In this document: positions 35,270-46,800 of the stretch, piece by piece
Layout: each line of letters starts with the position of its first letter
How positions within the stretch are numbered: the stretch's first letter is position 1
Source: Phyllobates terribilis
Taxonomy: Eukaryota
Direction: 5' to 3'
NCBI RefSeq assembly: GCF_046119375.1
Contig: NW_027362767.1
Span: 410,502,001-410,566,000 of the forward strand
DNA length: 64,000 nt
Translations under genes and position numbers: made by a program
The notes under the pieces: generated by a model
The model's database searches: none
Told to the model about the DNA's origin: nothing
The model's input: only the letters and a program-made list of their open reading frames with translations

Positions 35270-38200
35270 ATGGGCAAGGTGTAAGGCAAGGGATTGGGAA
35301 GTGGACGTGATGGTGATTGTGCATGCAGAGGCCGAGGCCGAGAATGTGGCTGTGGGCAAGCTGAAATTGAGCCACAATAAACATCCATATCTTCTCGCTC
35401 GACCTTCCTGTCCCAATTAATAGGGGACTGCAGAACACAACTATTGAACACAGAGCAGTGTCAAAAGGTTGTTGGTTGGATAGCAGTAGCAGATAATGCT
35501 TCCAGTCACTTTTCCACAACCACCTCCACCCTGTATTCCACACGGTCAAGTCTCAGTAACCATGAGTCTGGACTGCATATTCCTCATCCTGATCCTCCTT
35601 CCTCCCACCATGCTGAGTGCCCGGAGGCAACTGATCCCACACGAAGGCGTCGGTGGGAAAGTGCAATTACTGTCACAAAAGGTGGATGATGATGATGATG
35701 AGACACAATTGCCAGAAAAGCAGGAGGAGGACCAGTGTGCGGAAGTGGAAGACAGGTGGTGGATGATATAGTAACTGACCCAACCTGGCAGGGGGACATA
35801 CAGAGCAAGGTCAGCAGCACACAGGGAGAGAGAGGTGTAGCACCACAACAGGCAGGAAGAAGCAGTGTGGTGGCCGCAGACAAAAGATGGGAAAGCGTTC
35901 CTCGTAATGCCAACACGACAAAATTTGCCAGTACAACTGTTAGGTCTTCCCGAGTCTGGTTATTTTTTAAAGACTCTGCAGATAACCCCAAAAAGGAAAT
36001 TTGCACCACCTGCTAGCACCAGCAGGGGTAGCAAAACTAGCAGCCACGAGTATGATCAGGCACATGGCAGCAAAGCACTCGACTAAGTGGGGCGAACCCC
36101 AGGGTCCAGCAACAGTGTCTGTGGGTCACACTACTGTTTGTTCCGCTATTGTGCACGCACGCTAATCCCATGTCCATGGCGCAAGCGAAGATGCCTCCCG
36201 CCCTGCACCTGTTGTTGCACACTCTCAACTAGCACCATCAGCAAGCAGGTCCACGTCCTTGTCCCAGCGTAGCGTTCAGTTGTCTCTACCCCAGTCCTTG
36301 AAATGCAAGCACAAATAGGCAGCCAACGCCGCACAGGCCACACTACTAAATTCACACATTTCGCGAATGCTTGCGCTCTAAATGTTGCCTTTTAGGCTCA
36401 TGGAGATGGAAGCTTACCGGAACCTGATTGCGGCGGCCATCCCTCGGTACTCAGTTCCAGCCACCACTATTTCTCCCGATGTGCCGTCCCCGCATAACAC
36501 GAGCACGTGTCCCAAAACATTAGACGTGCCCTCAACAACGCAGTTACTGGGAAAGTCCACCTAACCACGGACACGTGGACAAGTGCTTGTGGGCAGAGAT
36601 GGTACATCTCGCTGATGGCACACTGGGTTAATATACTGGAAGCCAGGACCCAGTCGGACCTTGGGACAGAACACGTCCTCCCGATGATTACCAAGGCTTG
36701 CGGGCCCTGGGTCAATCAGGATTGATCCCACATTATACAGCTCCTGCACCTCCTCCTCTTCGGCCTCCATCTTCGAAATGATCACATCAGTCGCAAGCTG
36801 GAAGCACTGCAGCACTGCCTCGACCAAGCGGCAACAGACTGTGCTGAAGCTAATATGCTTAGGTGACAAACCACACAACGCTGAAGAGTTGTGGACAGCT
36901 CTGAAAGAGCAGACAGATCTGTGGCTGACACCACTGAACCTACAGCTAGGCCTAGTCGTGTGTGACAATGGCCAGAACCTGGTGGTGACTCTGAGGCGAG
37001 GCGAGCTCACACACGTTCCATGTCTGGCCCATGTGCTTAACCTCGTGGTTCAGCGGTTTCTCAAATCCTACCTGGATCTGTCGGATCTGTTGTCAAAGTG
37101 CGGCACCTGTGTGACCATTTTAGAAAGTCAACTACAGCTTCCCTGCCCTTGCCTTGTTTCAGCAGCGTTTTCAGCTTCCAGCTCACCGAATGATCTGCGA
37201 TGTCCCCATGCATTGGAACTCTACATTACAGATTTTGGGAAGGATTTGAGAGCAGAAGAGGGCAGTTGTTGACTACCAGCATCAAAAAGGCCGTCGGTAT
37301 TCATATCAGACTCCACACATAAGACCTCAGGAGTGGACATGGATGTCAGACATATGTACCATCCTCCAAAACTTTGACGACTCCGCCAAGATGGTGAGCA
37401 GCGATGACGCCATAATTAGCGTCATCATCCCGCTTCTCTGTCTTCTGAAACGCTCTCTGCTCACAATTAAAGAGAATGCATTGCAGGCTGAGCATGATGA
37501 GATGGAACATGGAACCATACAGGGTGATTACACACAGCTCAGCCTCATCTCATCCCAACGTGGATTGGGTGACAATGAGGTAGAGGAGGAGGAGGAGGAA
37601 GAATAGGAGCTAGTTTCCTGCGCTATAGACGGTACTACCTGCACAACTGTCATACCGTCTGTTCAGCATGGATGGCCTGAGGACTGGGAGGAGGAGGAGG
37701 AGGATGAGAGCATGCTGAGTTGTCCTCTTGGTGAGGACACAGAAGTCTTGCCTCTTTGCAGTCTGCCACACATAGCTGAGTTTATGTTATGCTGCCTTTC
37801 CCGTGACCCTCGCGTTGTCCAAATTTTGGGTGACAGTCATTATTGGTTGATGACACTTCTAGACCCATGCTACAAGGAGAAATTTCTGTCTCCTATTCCC
37901 TTGCAGGACAGGCCCTTGTTGTGGAATTATTAAAAGATTCCCATCTGAAAATGCTGGCAGCAGAGGTCATCGTTCGTTGGACAACCAAGGAGTACAGGCG
38001 AAAGAGACACAAATGCAATCAAGCAGAGGCAGAGAAACACTGTCAAAGTTCTGGGACAGTTTTCTCAGACCCTCTCATTGCACAAGCCTTGATGCGCTGG
38101 GTACTCTCTCAAGGAGGGAAAAGTTGCGGAAGATGCTGAGTGAGTAGCTTGCCGACTGTACCAACGTCCTCCGTGATTCCTCTGTGCCTTATAATTATTG

Positions 38201-38435
38201 GGTATCCAAGCTGGACTCGTGGCATGAACTGGCTCTCTACGGCTTGGTGGTCCTGGCCTGCCCTGCCGCTAGCATTTTGTCAGAGTGGGATTTTAGTGCC
38301 TCCGGTGGAATTATAACCAATAGGCGCATCAGCCTGTCAACTGAAAATGCTGACAGGTTGACTCTTATAAAAATTAACAAGGGCTGGACTGGGCCAGACT
38401 TCTCAACACCACTGAATGATAGCAGCATAACATAA
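35270..38435 (+). pseudogene. hAT family-B transposase pseudogene
   Basis: Fragments occur in order across several frames: BED (VWLFFKDSADNPKKEICTTC), MLPFRLME, VHLTTDTWTS, VCDNG, CLAHVLNLVVQ, TLLDPCYK, and hATC (YWVSKLDSWHELALY..LACPAASILSE). Many stops and frameshifts. Confidence 0.9.
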
Positions 38436-39317
38436 ACTCAAATACAGTGTCTCTTTTTTGGGAGGTCTAACTCCATTCCCATGCACCTCTGTCTTCACAC
38501 CCAGACATGGGTATACGCTTCCTAATTTTGTCTATTTGCTCTTGTCCTCCTCCTTCTCCGCATCCTCATCCTCCACCATCATATCACCACTATATGTACC
38601 ATATCAACATATCTACGTCTCTTGCAAGGGACATTGGAGTTCCTCCAAATTTTTGGCAGCAGTTTCTTCACTGCATAGACAAACAGTATGGGAGACACAC
38701 TTCCTTATAATGTGAACATTGTTTTCAGGAGGCCCTCTGACCTCTACATCTCTTGCAAGGGGCATTGGAGTTCCTCCAAATTTTTGGAAGCCATTGCTTC
38801 ACTGCATAGGAAAACAGTATCAGAGACCCACTTCCTAATAATGGTAACATTTTTTGCAGGACACCCTCCGAACTCTACATCTCTTCCAAGGGTCATTGGA
38901 GTTCCTCCAAATTTTTGGCAGCTGTTTCAGTCACTGCATATGCAAGAACAGTATGGGAGACCCACTCGTTAATAATGGGAACAACAAAGCATAGCCAACA
39001 ACTGGCCCTTTAAGAATAGTAAGGGCCGCCTGATGGCCCTATAAAAATAGTCTTTGTGACTTTCAGAGTCCCTCCATCATAAATGAAACAGGATGTGTCT
39101 GATGATGTATCACACACCACATGGCCAGATAAGGTTGTAAAATGATAAAATGAGATTTCCCGGTGAATGCATTTGTCTTGGTTGAAAGCAATGCAAAAGT
39201 TTAAAAGCGCACTTGTGGAGGAGTATTTTTGTTTTTGGTTATTTATTTTGCCTTATATACAAGTCATTAACCTGGAAAGGATGCTCCTTAACATATTTCC
39301 CAGGAAAATCCATTTTG

Positions 39318-40502
39318 ACACTTCACAGTATTATATAATATAGATGTGCTCCAAATTAATTAGCAAAATCTTCACAGTCAGTTCCAATGGAAGTAATAAA
39401 TTTAAAAAGTAACTTTTATTCAATATGTCTTAAAAAATTTTTACAAAGCACATAACATATTCTAAAATCATTGTCCATATGTTGGGACTATTAAATAGAA
39501 TTTATTCAGGTCTCTCTTTTGTTTGTATTAAAGTCTAAGATTACTTTAAATACATTTTTTCCACAAAGTCTCTTTTTATATACAGTATGTGACTCCATCA
39601 CTTTTTCAAGGGAGTATCATATCAAACATATATTTATATAGAAGTAAAATCTCCTATTTAGTGTGAAATATATTTCTGGTTTCTACATTGGTATGTCTCT
39701 CCAGACTGTTTCGTTAGAATTCTATGGTCTGATTATTGTATTCACACTTAGTTTGCTATATCTAATTCCTTTAGCACTGCCCTCATTCACAGGTGCAGTG
39801 CCAATAGCTATATTCTTAGACCTTTGTGTTGAGATAGCCTGATAGGTCAATTCTGATAGATCAATTGTAACGGTCCTATATGCTATCTGTGCTCTTGCTC
39901 AGCCCTACGCGTTTCATCATTTTTAGATGGGACAGCTATGATCATCAGGGGCTCACAGTCTATATTCTTATTGTTTAAGATACAATGATGCTTATATGAT
40001 GAACCTATCGGCAGGGTTGATCTATCAGAATTGATCTATCAGGCTATCTCAACACAAAGGTCTAAGAATATAGCTATTGGCACTGCACCTGTGAATGAGG
40101 GCAGTGCTAAAGGAATTAGATATAGCAAACTAAGTGTGAATACAATAATTAGACCATAGAATTCTAAGGAAACAGTCTGGAGAGACATACCAATGTAGAA
40201 ACCAGAAATATATTTCACACTAAATAGGAGATTTTACTTCTATATAAATATGTGTTTGATACGATACTCCCTTGAAAAAGTGACGGAGTCGCATATATAA
40301 AAAGAGACTCTGTGGAAAAAACATATTTAAAGTAATCTTAGACTTTAATACAAACAAAAGAGACACCTGAATAAATTCTATTTAATAGTCCCAACATATG
40401 GACAATGATTTTAGAATATGTTATTTGCTTTGTAAAAAGAATTTAAGACATATTGAATAAAAGTTACTTTTTAAATGTATTACTCCAATTGGAACTGTCT
40501 GT
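39318..40502. mobile_element. Penelope-like inverted (foldback) remnant
   Basis: Inverted arms of about 490 bp (39371-39864 and 40017-40505) surround a 150-bp spacer with a hammerhead motif. A 14-bp direct repeat GAAAATCCATTTTG flanks it (39304-39317 and 40503-40516). No coding sequence; the Penelope assignment rests on this architecture. Confidence 0.6.
39901..39953 (-). ncRNA. Minimal type-I hammerhead ribozyme motif (degenerate stem II)
   Basis: Minus strand reads AGCCC-CUGAUGA-UCAU(17 nt)AUGAU-GAAA-CGCG-UA|GGGCU: 5-bp stem I, full core, and palindromic ACGCGU stem III. Confidence 0.65.
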
Positions 40503-40766
40503 GAAAATCCATTTTGGTTTTGTTTTTGTATGTTTTATTGTGAGTCCGTAAAAGTGGCGTAATACCTCTGACAACGTTGTTGACAGCAGTGACCTGGGAG
40601 TCAGAAATGCTTCCAGGGGTCTTCCACATGCTGTTCCCCTGTCATTTGAGCACTTTTTTCATTGATTTGGGCAATTTTTAGGCCCTCTGCAGACCGCCGG
40701 GGGGAGCCGCCGGAAAAATGCTCAAGTTTCCCATAGACTTACATTGGGCTCGTTACTCGGTCCGAG

Positions 40767-41709
40767 TGTAACGGGGGGCAGGGTGGTAGTCATGGGCGAG
40801 TGGTACGTCTGTTTCAGTGACTTTCTCTTCACTCTTGCCCGCTACAAAAATATGGGGACGTGCTTGTCCCTGGGTGTGTGCTGTTGTGCTTCCGTGGAGG
40901 AGACCTCCATACTCACTTCTGACCCGCCGTCCTGGGTGTTGAGTCTTTTAGCCTTCAGAAGGAGAAAATCAGACCAGCTTAAAAACGTAAAAACTTCTCT
41001 ACTTGCAGCCACAGTCACATACAGGGAGTAACAAATGATACAGTCTCTTTGTGATCTCTTCACATACAGCGGCAGTTTACCAGTGATGAAAGACACAGAT
41101 TTGGATATGAAGATTAAAGTCGAATGCGCCAGCTCTATGAGTAACTTCATTCTCTGTCCCACTGCCTGACCTGCTTGGATCCACCTTCCTGATGTGGTTG
41201 TCCTGTCTCGGCACGTAAGGTGAAGTTCCCAAATTGACCTCTTCATGTACACCTGTTCTTATTGTCCCTGCTGTCTAGATTGCTTGGATTCATCTTCCAG
41301 ATAAGGTTGTCCAAAAACTCCCAGATGTGACACACACACACCCTTCTCCGGTACTTTCTCCTGTGTCCTCCTGACATGTTCTCACTAATCACTGTCCCTC
41401 ACTCAACTAGAACTGCCTGCAATCAGGAAATGTCTCAGTTCTTCACTGAACCTGCTCCTCCCACACTGGAGCAGCTCCTAAACCCCTTAACTCTTTCCTT
41501 ACTTATAACTACATACTCTGTATGCTATAGTGCCCACCTCTGCACTGCTCTCCTACCAATCCAATAGTCTACCTGCACTAACCTATACTGACCCTGTAAG
41601 TAACCCATCACACATTAGGTCACATAAAAGCTCATATATAAACACAGAATACAACACTATGTGCACCAAGAGGGAAGAGGCTCATGACCGTCCCGGTCAC
41701 CCTCTTACA
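40767..41709 (-). repeat. 3' LTR of the CSD-bearing element
   Basis: Homologous to 49766-50737 with multiple substitutions and indels (943 versus 972 bp); adjacent to the PPT. Confidence 0.9.
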
Positions 41710-42846
41710 TTCCTCCCTCTTAAAACATGGTCATCCCGACCATGACAACACCTGTAAAAAGAAACACCAATGCACATTTAAAACATTCAACACATATGTT
41801 TATATAAAAATGCACGATAGATTAAAAACACTTTAATCACTTCTTCTCGCTGGGCAAACTTGACCTCGGTCCCACTCGGTTGGGACCCTGGAACACAGTT
41901 CAAGTTCCTTTAAACATGGGTCCATCTGACCCCGGCCCTCTTGCTCCTGGGACCCACAAAAAAAATTAAATGTCCATCACAGGCCCATTGGCCAACAAAT
42001 CCTGCTCTGGTTTACCAAACACAGGAAGTCCCTGTTAATAACACAATGGCCCACTGGCCATCTTACATCAGCTCTGACAGTCCTGGAGCAGTGATCCGGC
42101 ACGATCCTCAGGTCATCCTGACAGTTTTCTCCCTCCTTTTTGCTGAGTACAGTCCCTTTAAGAATCATGTGTTGCTCAATAGCTTCTATAGAAGAGCACA
42201 GTCCATGGAGCAGTTACACACAGTCCTTTAGTGTGGGAGATTTAACCCTATCAGGGTTCAGTCCCGTAATCCAGCAGGGGAATGTGCAAACATACGCAAC
42301 AGAACGTGGAGAGGGGAAAAACACAAAATAAAATCACCTCCGGCCATCTGGCCAGCACCAACTCCGCTTGGTGCCATTAGGGCTCCTTGCCCTTTAGGAG
42401 AAGCAGAACAGTCTTTTTATCAGTGGCCACGTCCTTGGCCACCTCCGGTTGCCACCGGGTTGAACAGGAGCTCCTGCCCCTAGGAACGCGGAACATTTCC
42501 CTTTGCATGTTTCACGGTGAAACTAGCACAACTTGGGTGGCGGTTTCACACCGCCGGGTTAGTCTGCAGCTTCTGTATAGTGGTTGTAGTTTACCACCCC
42601 ATTGTCCTTGAATATTAGGACCATCTGTCCCGCCGATACTGTAGAAGACAAGGAGCCTCCACTCTCTCTCCTGGTCCTCTCGTGTATGGCTGGGCTAGGT
42701 GCTGGGCCAGCCACCTCTATAGGGATACTTGCTGCGGGGGTGGTAGCCGCCGCTCCCACTGGTTCCTTCCGCGCTGGGGCCATTTACAGGGTCTGCAGCA
42801 GCTGAGTGATAGACTCGGCTATTTATGAGGACATCTCAATGGGGTC

Positions 42847-43866
42847 TCATTCACGATCTGCAGGCGTCACAATTAACTGCTGCACGATGGCCGTAGTTTC
42901 CGACTGCACAGGACGGTTTGTGGCCTGCTGCTGATCTGCCTCAGGCAATATGGCGACGGCCACTTCATACGGGCCTCGGGGCCCATACGCCTTAATAAAT
43001 GTGACTGCTGCCAACTAGCAAGGGGAAGCTGCCGTTGATAGACCCGGCATTCACATATACCTTCTCTCCGGTCCCTGATTCTTGTAGGAAACCGTAGCCG
43101 CAAGACAAGTTGAAATGTCGAACTAGGCCGCGAGTCATCTGGCTCCCCCCCCCGGGCGCTGTAGTTCCTCCCGTACTTGGCGCTCTCGCCGCTTCTTTCT
43201 CTCTATCACCCCCACGATCCACTGTTCCTCCTCCTCTCTGGGGGTTCTCACCGCTTCCTGGTAAGTAGGGGCGATGGGCTAGGGGCAGGAACCAGATAAA
43301 GACTCACTGCCGCCATGGTCACCCGAGCCACCTCCCTGGTATCTGAAGACACCGCCGCTGCAGTTATTCCACCGATCGCCCAGATTTGTTCCATAGCTTC
43401 TTCTGCCTCCTGGCGCGTCATCACGGGAGCCTTCACAGTTTCTGCCAGCGGCACGATATTCCTCCGCGGATGTTTATACAGGGACCAGCCTGGTACGAGT
43501 AACATGTCATCCTCAATCGGGTAGTCGTGTAGGTCGCAGACTCCCCAGCGGCCAACTGGTCTCTTCTCTTCCTCCTGGCTCTGCCTGCGCCACTCCCAGT
43601 CAATGCGTCAAAGGCCACGCGATGTGACATGGTCTCAGGCTGTTGCAGCTTCACCGTCTCCTTCATTAATGGCACAAAACTGCTTGACATTAGGGATCCT
43701 ACCTCCAGGCTCCACCCATCCCTGAATGGAGCCGCTACCGGCAGCTCCTCCCACTCAGCCTCTGTCTCCGGGATCTTCAATGGTGGGCAGGGTTTCTTCT
43801 TTCTTTGCCACGCCCACCACAGGCAGGCACTGCTCACAGAGGCCGCAGTCTCAGTCCGGCGTCCAT
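42847..43866 (-). pseudogene. Frameshifted ORF of about 340 codons with a C-terminal cold-shock domain (CSD about 42955-43138)
   Basis: MTRGLVRHFNLSCGYGFLQESGTGEKVYVNAGSINGSFPLLVG, a frameshift at about 43009, then AVTFIKAYGPRGPYEVAV. This is collinear with CspA/Y-box CSD (KWFN, RNP1 GFGFI, RNP2 VFVH, VSF, GPKGP.A.NV). Upstream coding pieces lie in ORFs 43433-43837, 43248-43505 and 42992-43222. Confidence 0.7.
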
Positions 43867-43897
43867 ACAGTTTTTCGTGCCGTTTTGCGCTCAGGAT

Positions 43898-46800
43898 TAG
43901 AGATGAGCGGTGTTCGACTAGAACTGTTCGCCAATCTCAAATTCTAGCTGTTTTGGGCGGTGTTTGAGTCGTTCGACGAACGCAAGCGATTTGTAAAAAA
44001 TTTGGCTGTTCTAGGTTATGTTTGATAAATGTTCGTGCACCAAAAGCGTGCCCTGAATATCTGGTGCTATTTAGAGCACCAATCATGCAGGGATTGTCTG
44101 CCACTCACTGTAATGCCACAGCCTTGATGGTTGTGGAATTACAGTGGTTGCCCAAATCGATGGGAACAGTGCTCACAGTGAAATATGAAAAGCCGGCAAT
44201 TCAGCAGCGGCATACACCGGTACCAGACAATTTAGAACAGAAAGAATAGAGCATCACACATAGATTAGATAGATAGAAACGTGTCAGTCACATATATAAG
44301 AAGTACAGTGACAGTGTTGGTTACTGTACTTGTCATTTAGTGTTAAAGGATTTATTAAAAAAAAAATAGTGTTTTCTTGCACCTGTCTCTTTAAAAAAGC
44401 CGGCCGGCAATTCAGCCTCGGTACCCGACAATTAAGAACAGAAAGAATAGAGCATCACACATAGATTAGATAGATAGAAACATGTCAGTCACATATATAA
44501 TAAGTACAATGATAGTATTGATTACTGTACTTGTCATTTAGTGTTAAAATAAAGGATTTATTTTAAAAAAAATTGGCGTGGGGTTCCTCATAATTTTAGT
44601 CTCTAGCGGAGGTTAAGCAGACGGCTGGGGCAGATGTTTGAAGCCTGGGAAGGGGGTAATACCCACGGAGCTTCCCAGACTACTAATATCAGCCTCCAGC
44701 TGAATACCTAGCCTTTACTAGCTATTAAAATGGGGGACCCCAAAAAAAATGACATGGGGTCCCCCCTAATTTAATAGCTAGCAAAGGCTAGGCAGACAGC
44801 TGGGGGCAGATATTAATAGTCCAGGAAGGGTGCCATGAATATTGGCCCCCTCCCAGGCTAGAAACACCAGCCGTCAGCCGCCCCAGAAAATGGCGCATCC
44901 ATAGGATGCGCCAATTCTGGCACTTAGCCTTGCTCTTCCCACTGCCCTGTAGTGGTGGCAGTGGGGTAATAGGGTTGGGGTTGATGTCAGCTTATAATGC
45001 CAGCTGACATCAAGCCCAGGTTAGTAATGGAGAGGCGTCTATAAGACACCCCCATTACTAACCTCATAGTGAAATTTAAAAATAAACACAAACACCCAGA
45101 ATAAAGTCCTTTAATTGAAATAAACACACAATTCTTAAATGTTCTAAATTAAACTCTACTTACCGTAACGCCCATTCCAGCTGAAGCCAATGATCTCCTG
45201 CAATAAAAATAAAATAATAAAGCAACCTCATCCTTACCTTTCCATGGTTCCCAGGACAGCTTCCGCTCTGCTACATCGAGATGACAGTCTGGACCGCAGC
45301 AGAACGCTGCCATCCAGCTTGCCATGCAGCAGACACTGAGAATCTCCTCAGTGAAGCTCCTCAGTGTCTGGCTGTGACGGCATCCAAATGAGCCAAGTTC
45401 ATGTCCAATGAACTCAGCTCACCTCATGCATGTCACTGACAGCGTGGGAGAATTCTCCTGCGCATGTGGTGAGCGCAGGAGAATTCTCCCACGCTGGGAT
45501 GGCATTGAGATGACAGGCTGGATCGCAGCTGAGCGCTGCCATCCAGCATGCCATCCTTCTGAGACACTGCAGAGCACAGGCATGCTTGCGCTCTGCAGTG
45601 TCTCTGAAGAATGACAAGCTGGATGGCAGTGCTCAGCTGCGATCCAGCCTGTCATCAGAATGCCATCCCAGCGTGGGAGAATACTCTTGCTCAAGCGCTG
45701 AGCACAGGAGAATTCTCCCACGCTGGTATGGTATTGAGATGACAGGCTGGACCGCAGCTGAGAGCTGCCATCCAGCATGCCATCCTTCATAGACACTGCA
45801 GAGCACAGGCATGCTTGCGCTCTGCAGTGTCTCTGAAGAATGACAAGCTGGATGGCAGCGCTCAGCTGCGATCCAGCCTGTCATCTCAATGCCATCCCAG
45901 CGTGGGAGAATTCTCCTTCGTTCACCACATGAGCAGGAGAATTCTCCCACGCTGTCAGTGACGTGCATGAGGTAAGCAGATTTCATTGGACAAGAACTCG
46001 GCTCATCTGGATGCCGTCACAGAGAGACACTGAGGAGCTTCACTGAGAAGCTTCTCAGTGTCTGCGGCATGGCAAGCTGAATAGCAGCGGTCTGCTGCGG
46101 TCCAGCCTGTCATCTCGATGTAGCAGAGCTGAAGTTGTCCTGGGAACCAAGGAAAAGTAAGGATGAGGTTGGTTTATTATTTTACTTTTATTGCTGGCTT
46201 CAGCTGGAATGGGCGTGACGGTAAGTAGAGTTTAACTTAGAATATTAAAGGAATGTGTATTTATTTCAATTAAAGGACTTTATTCTGGGTGTTGTGTTTT
46301 TTTTAAATACTTTACTAGAAATTCATGGCGGTCATGTCTAATATTGGCGTGACCCCATGAATTTCGGGCCTAGGGCCAGCTGATAATACCAAGCTGGCGC
46401 TTCTATGAACGCGCCATTTTCTGGAGTGGCTGAGACTGCAATTTGCAGCGGGAGGGAGGGCCCAAAAAGCTTGGGCCTCCCTGCGCTGCAGATTTCTGCC
46501 CCCAGCTGACTAGTTGTACCTGGCTGGACACAAAAATTAGGCGAAGCCCCAAATATTTATTTTTTTTATTATTTCATGAAATTTATGAAATAATAAAAAA
46601 AAAAGGCTTCCCTATATTGTTGTGTCCGGCCATGTACAAATAGGCAGCTGGTGGTTGGGGGCAGCCCATTCCTGCCTGCTGTACCTGGCTGGCATACAAA
46701 AATATGGCGAAGCCCACGTCACCTCATGCACGTCACCTCATGCACGTCACTCACAGCGTGGGAGAATTCTCCTGCGTTAAGCGCTTGAGCAAGAGAATTC

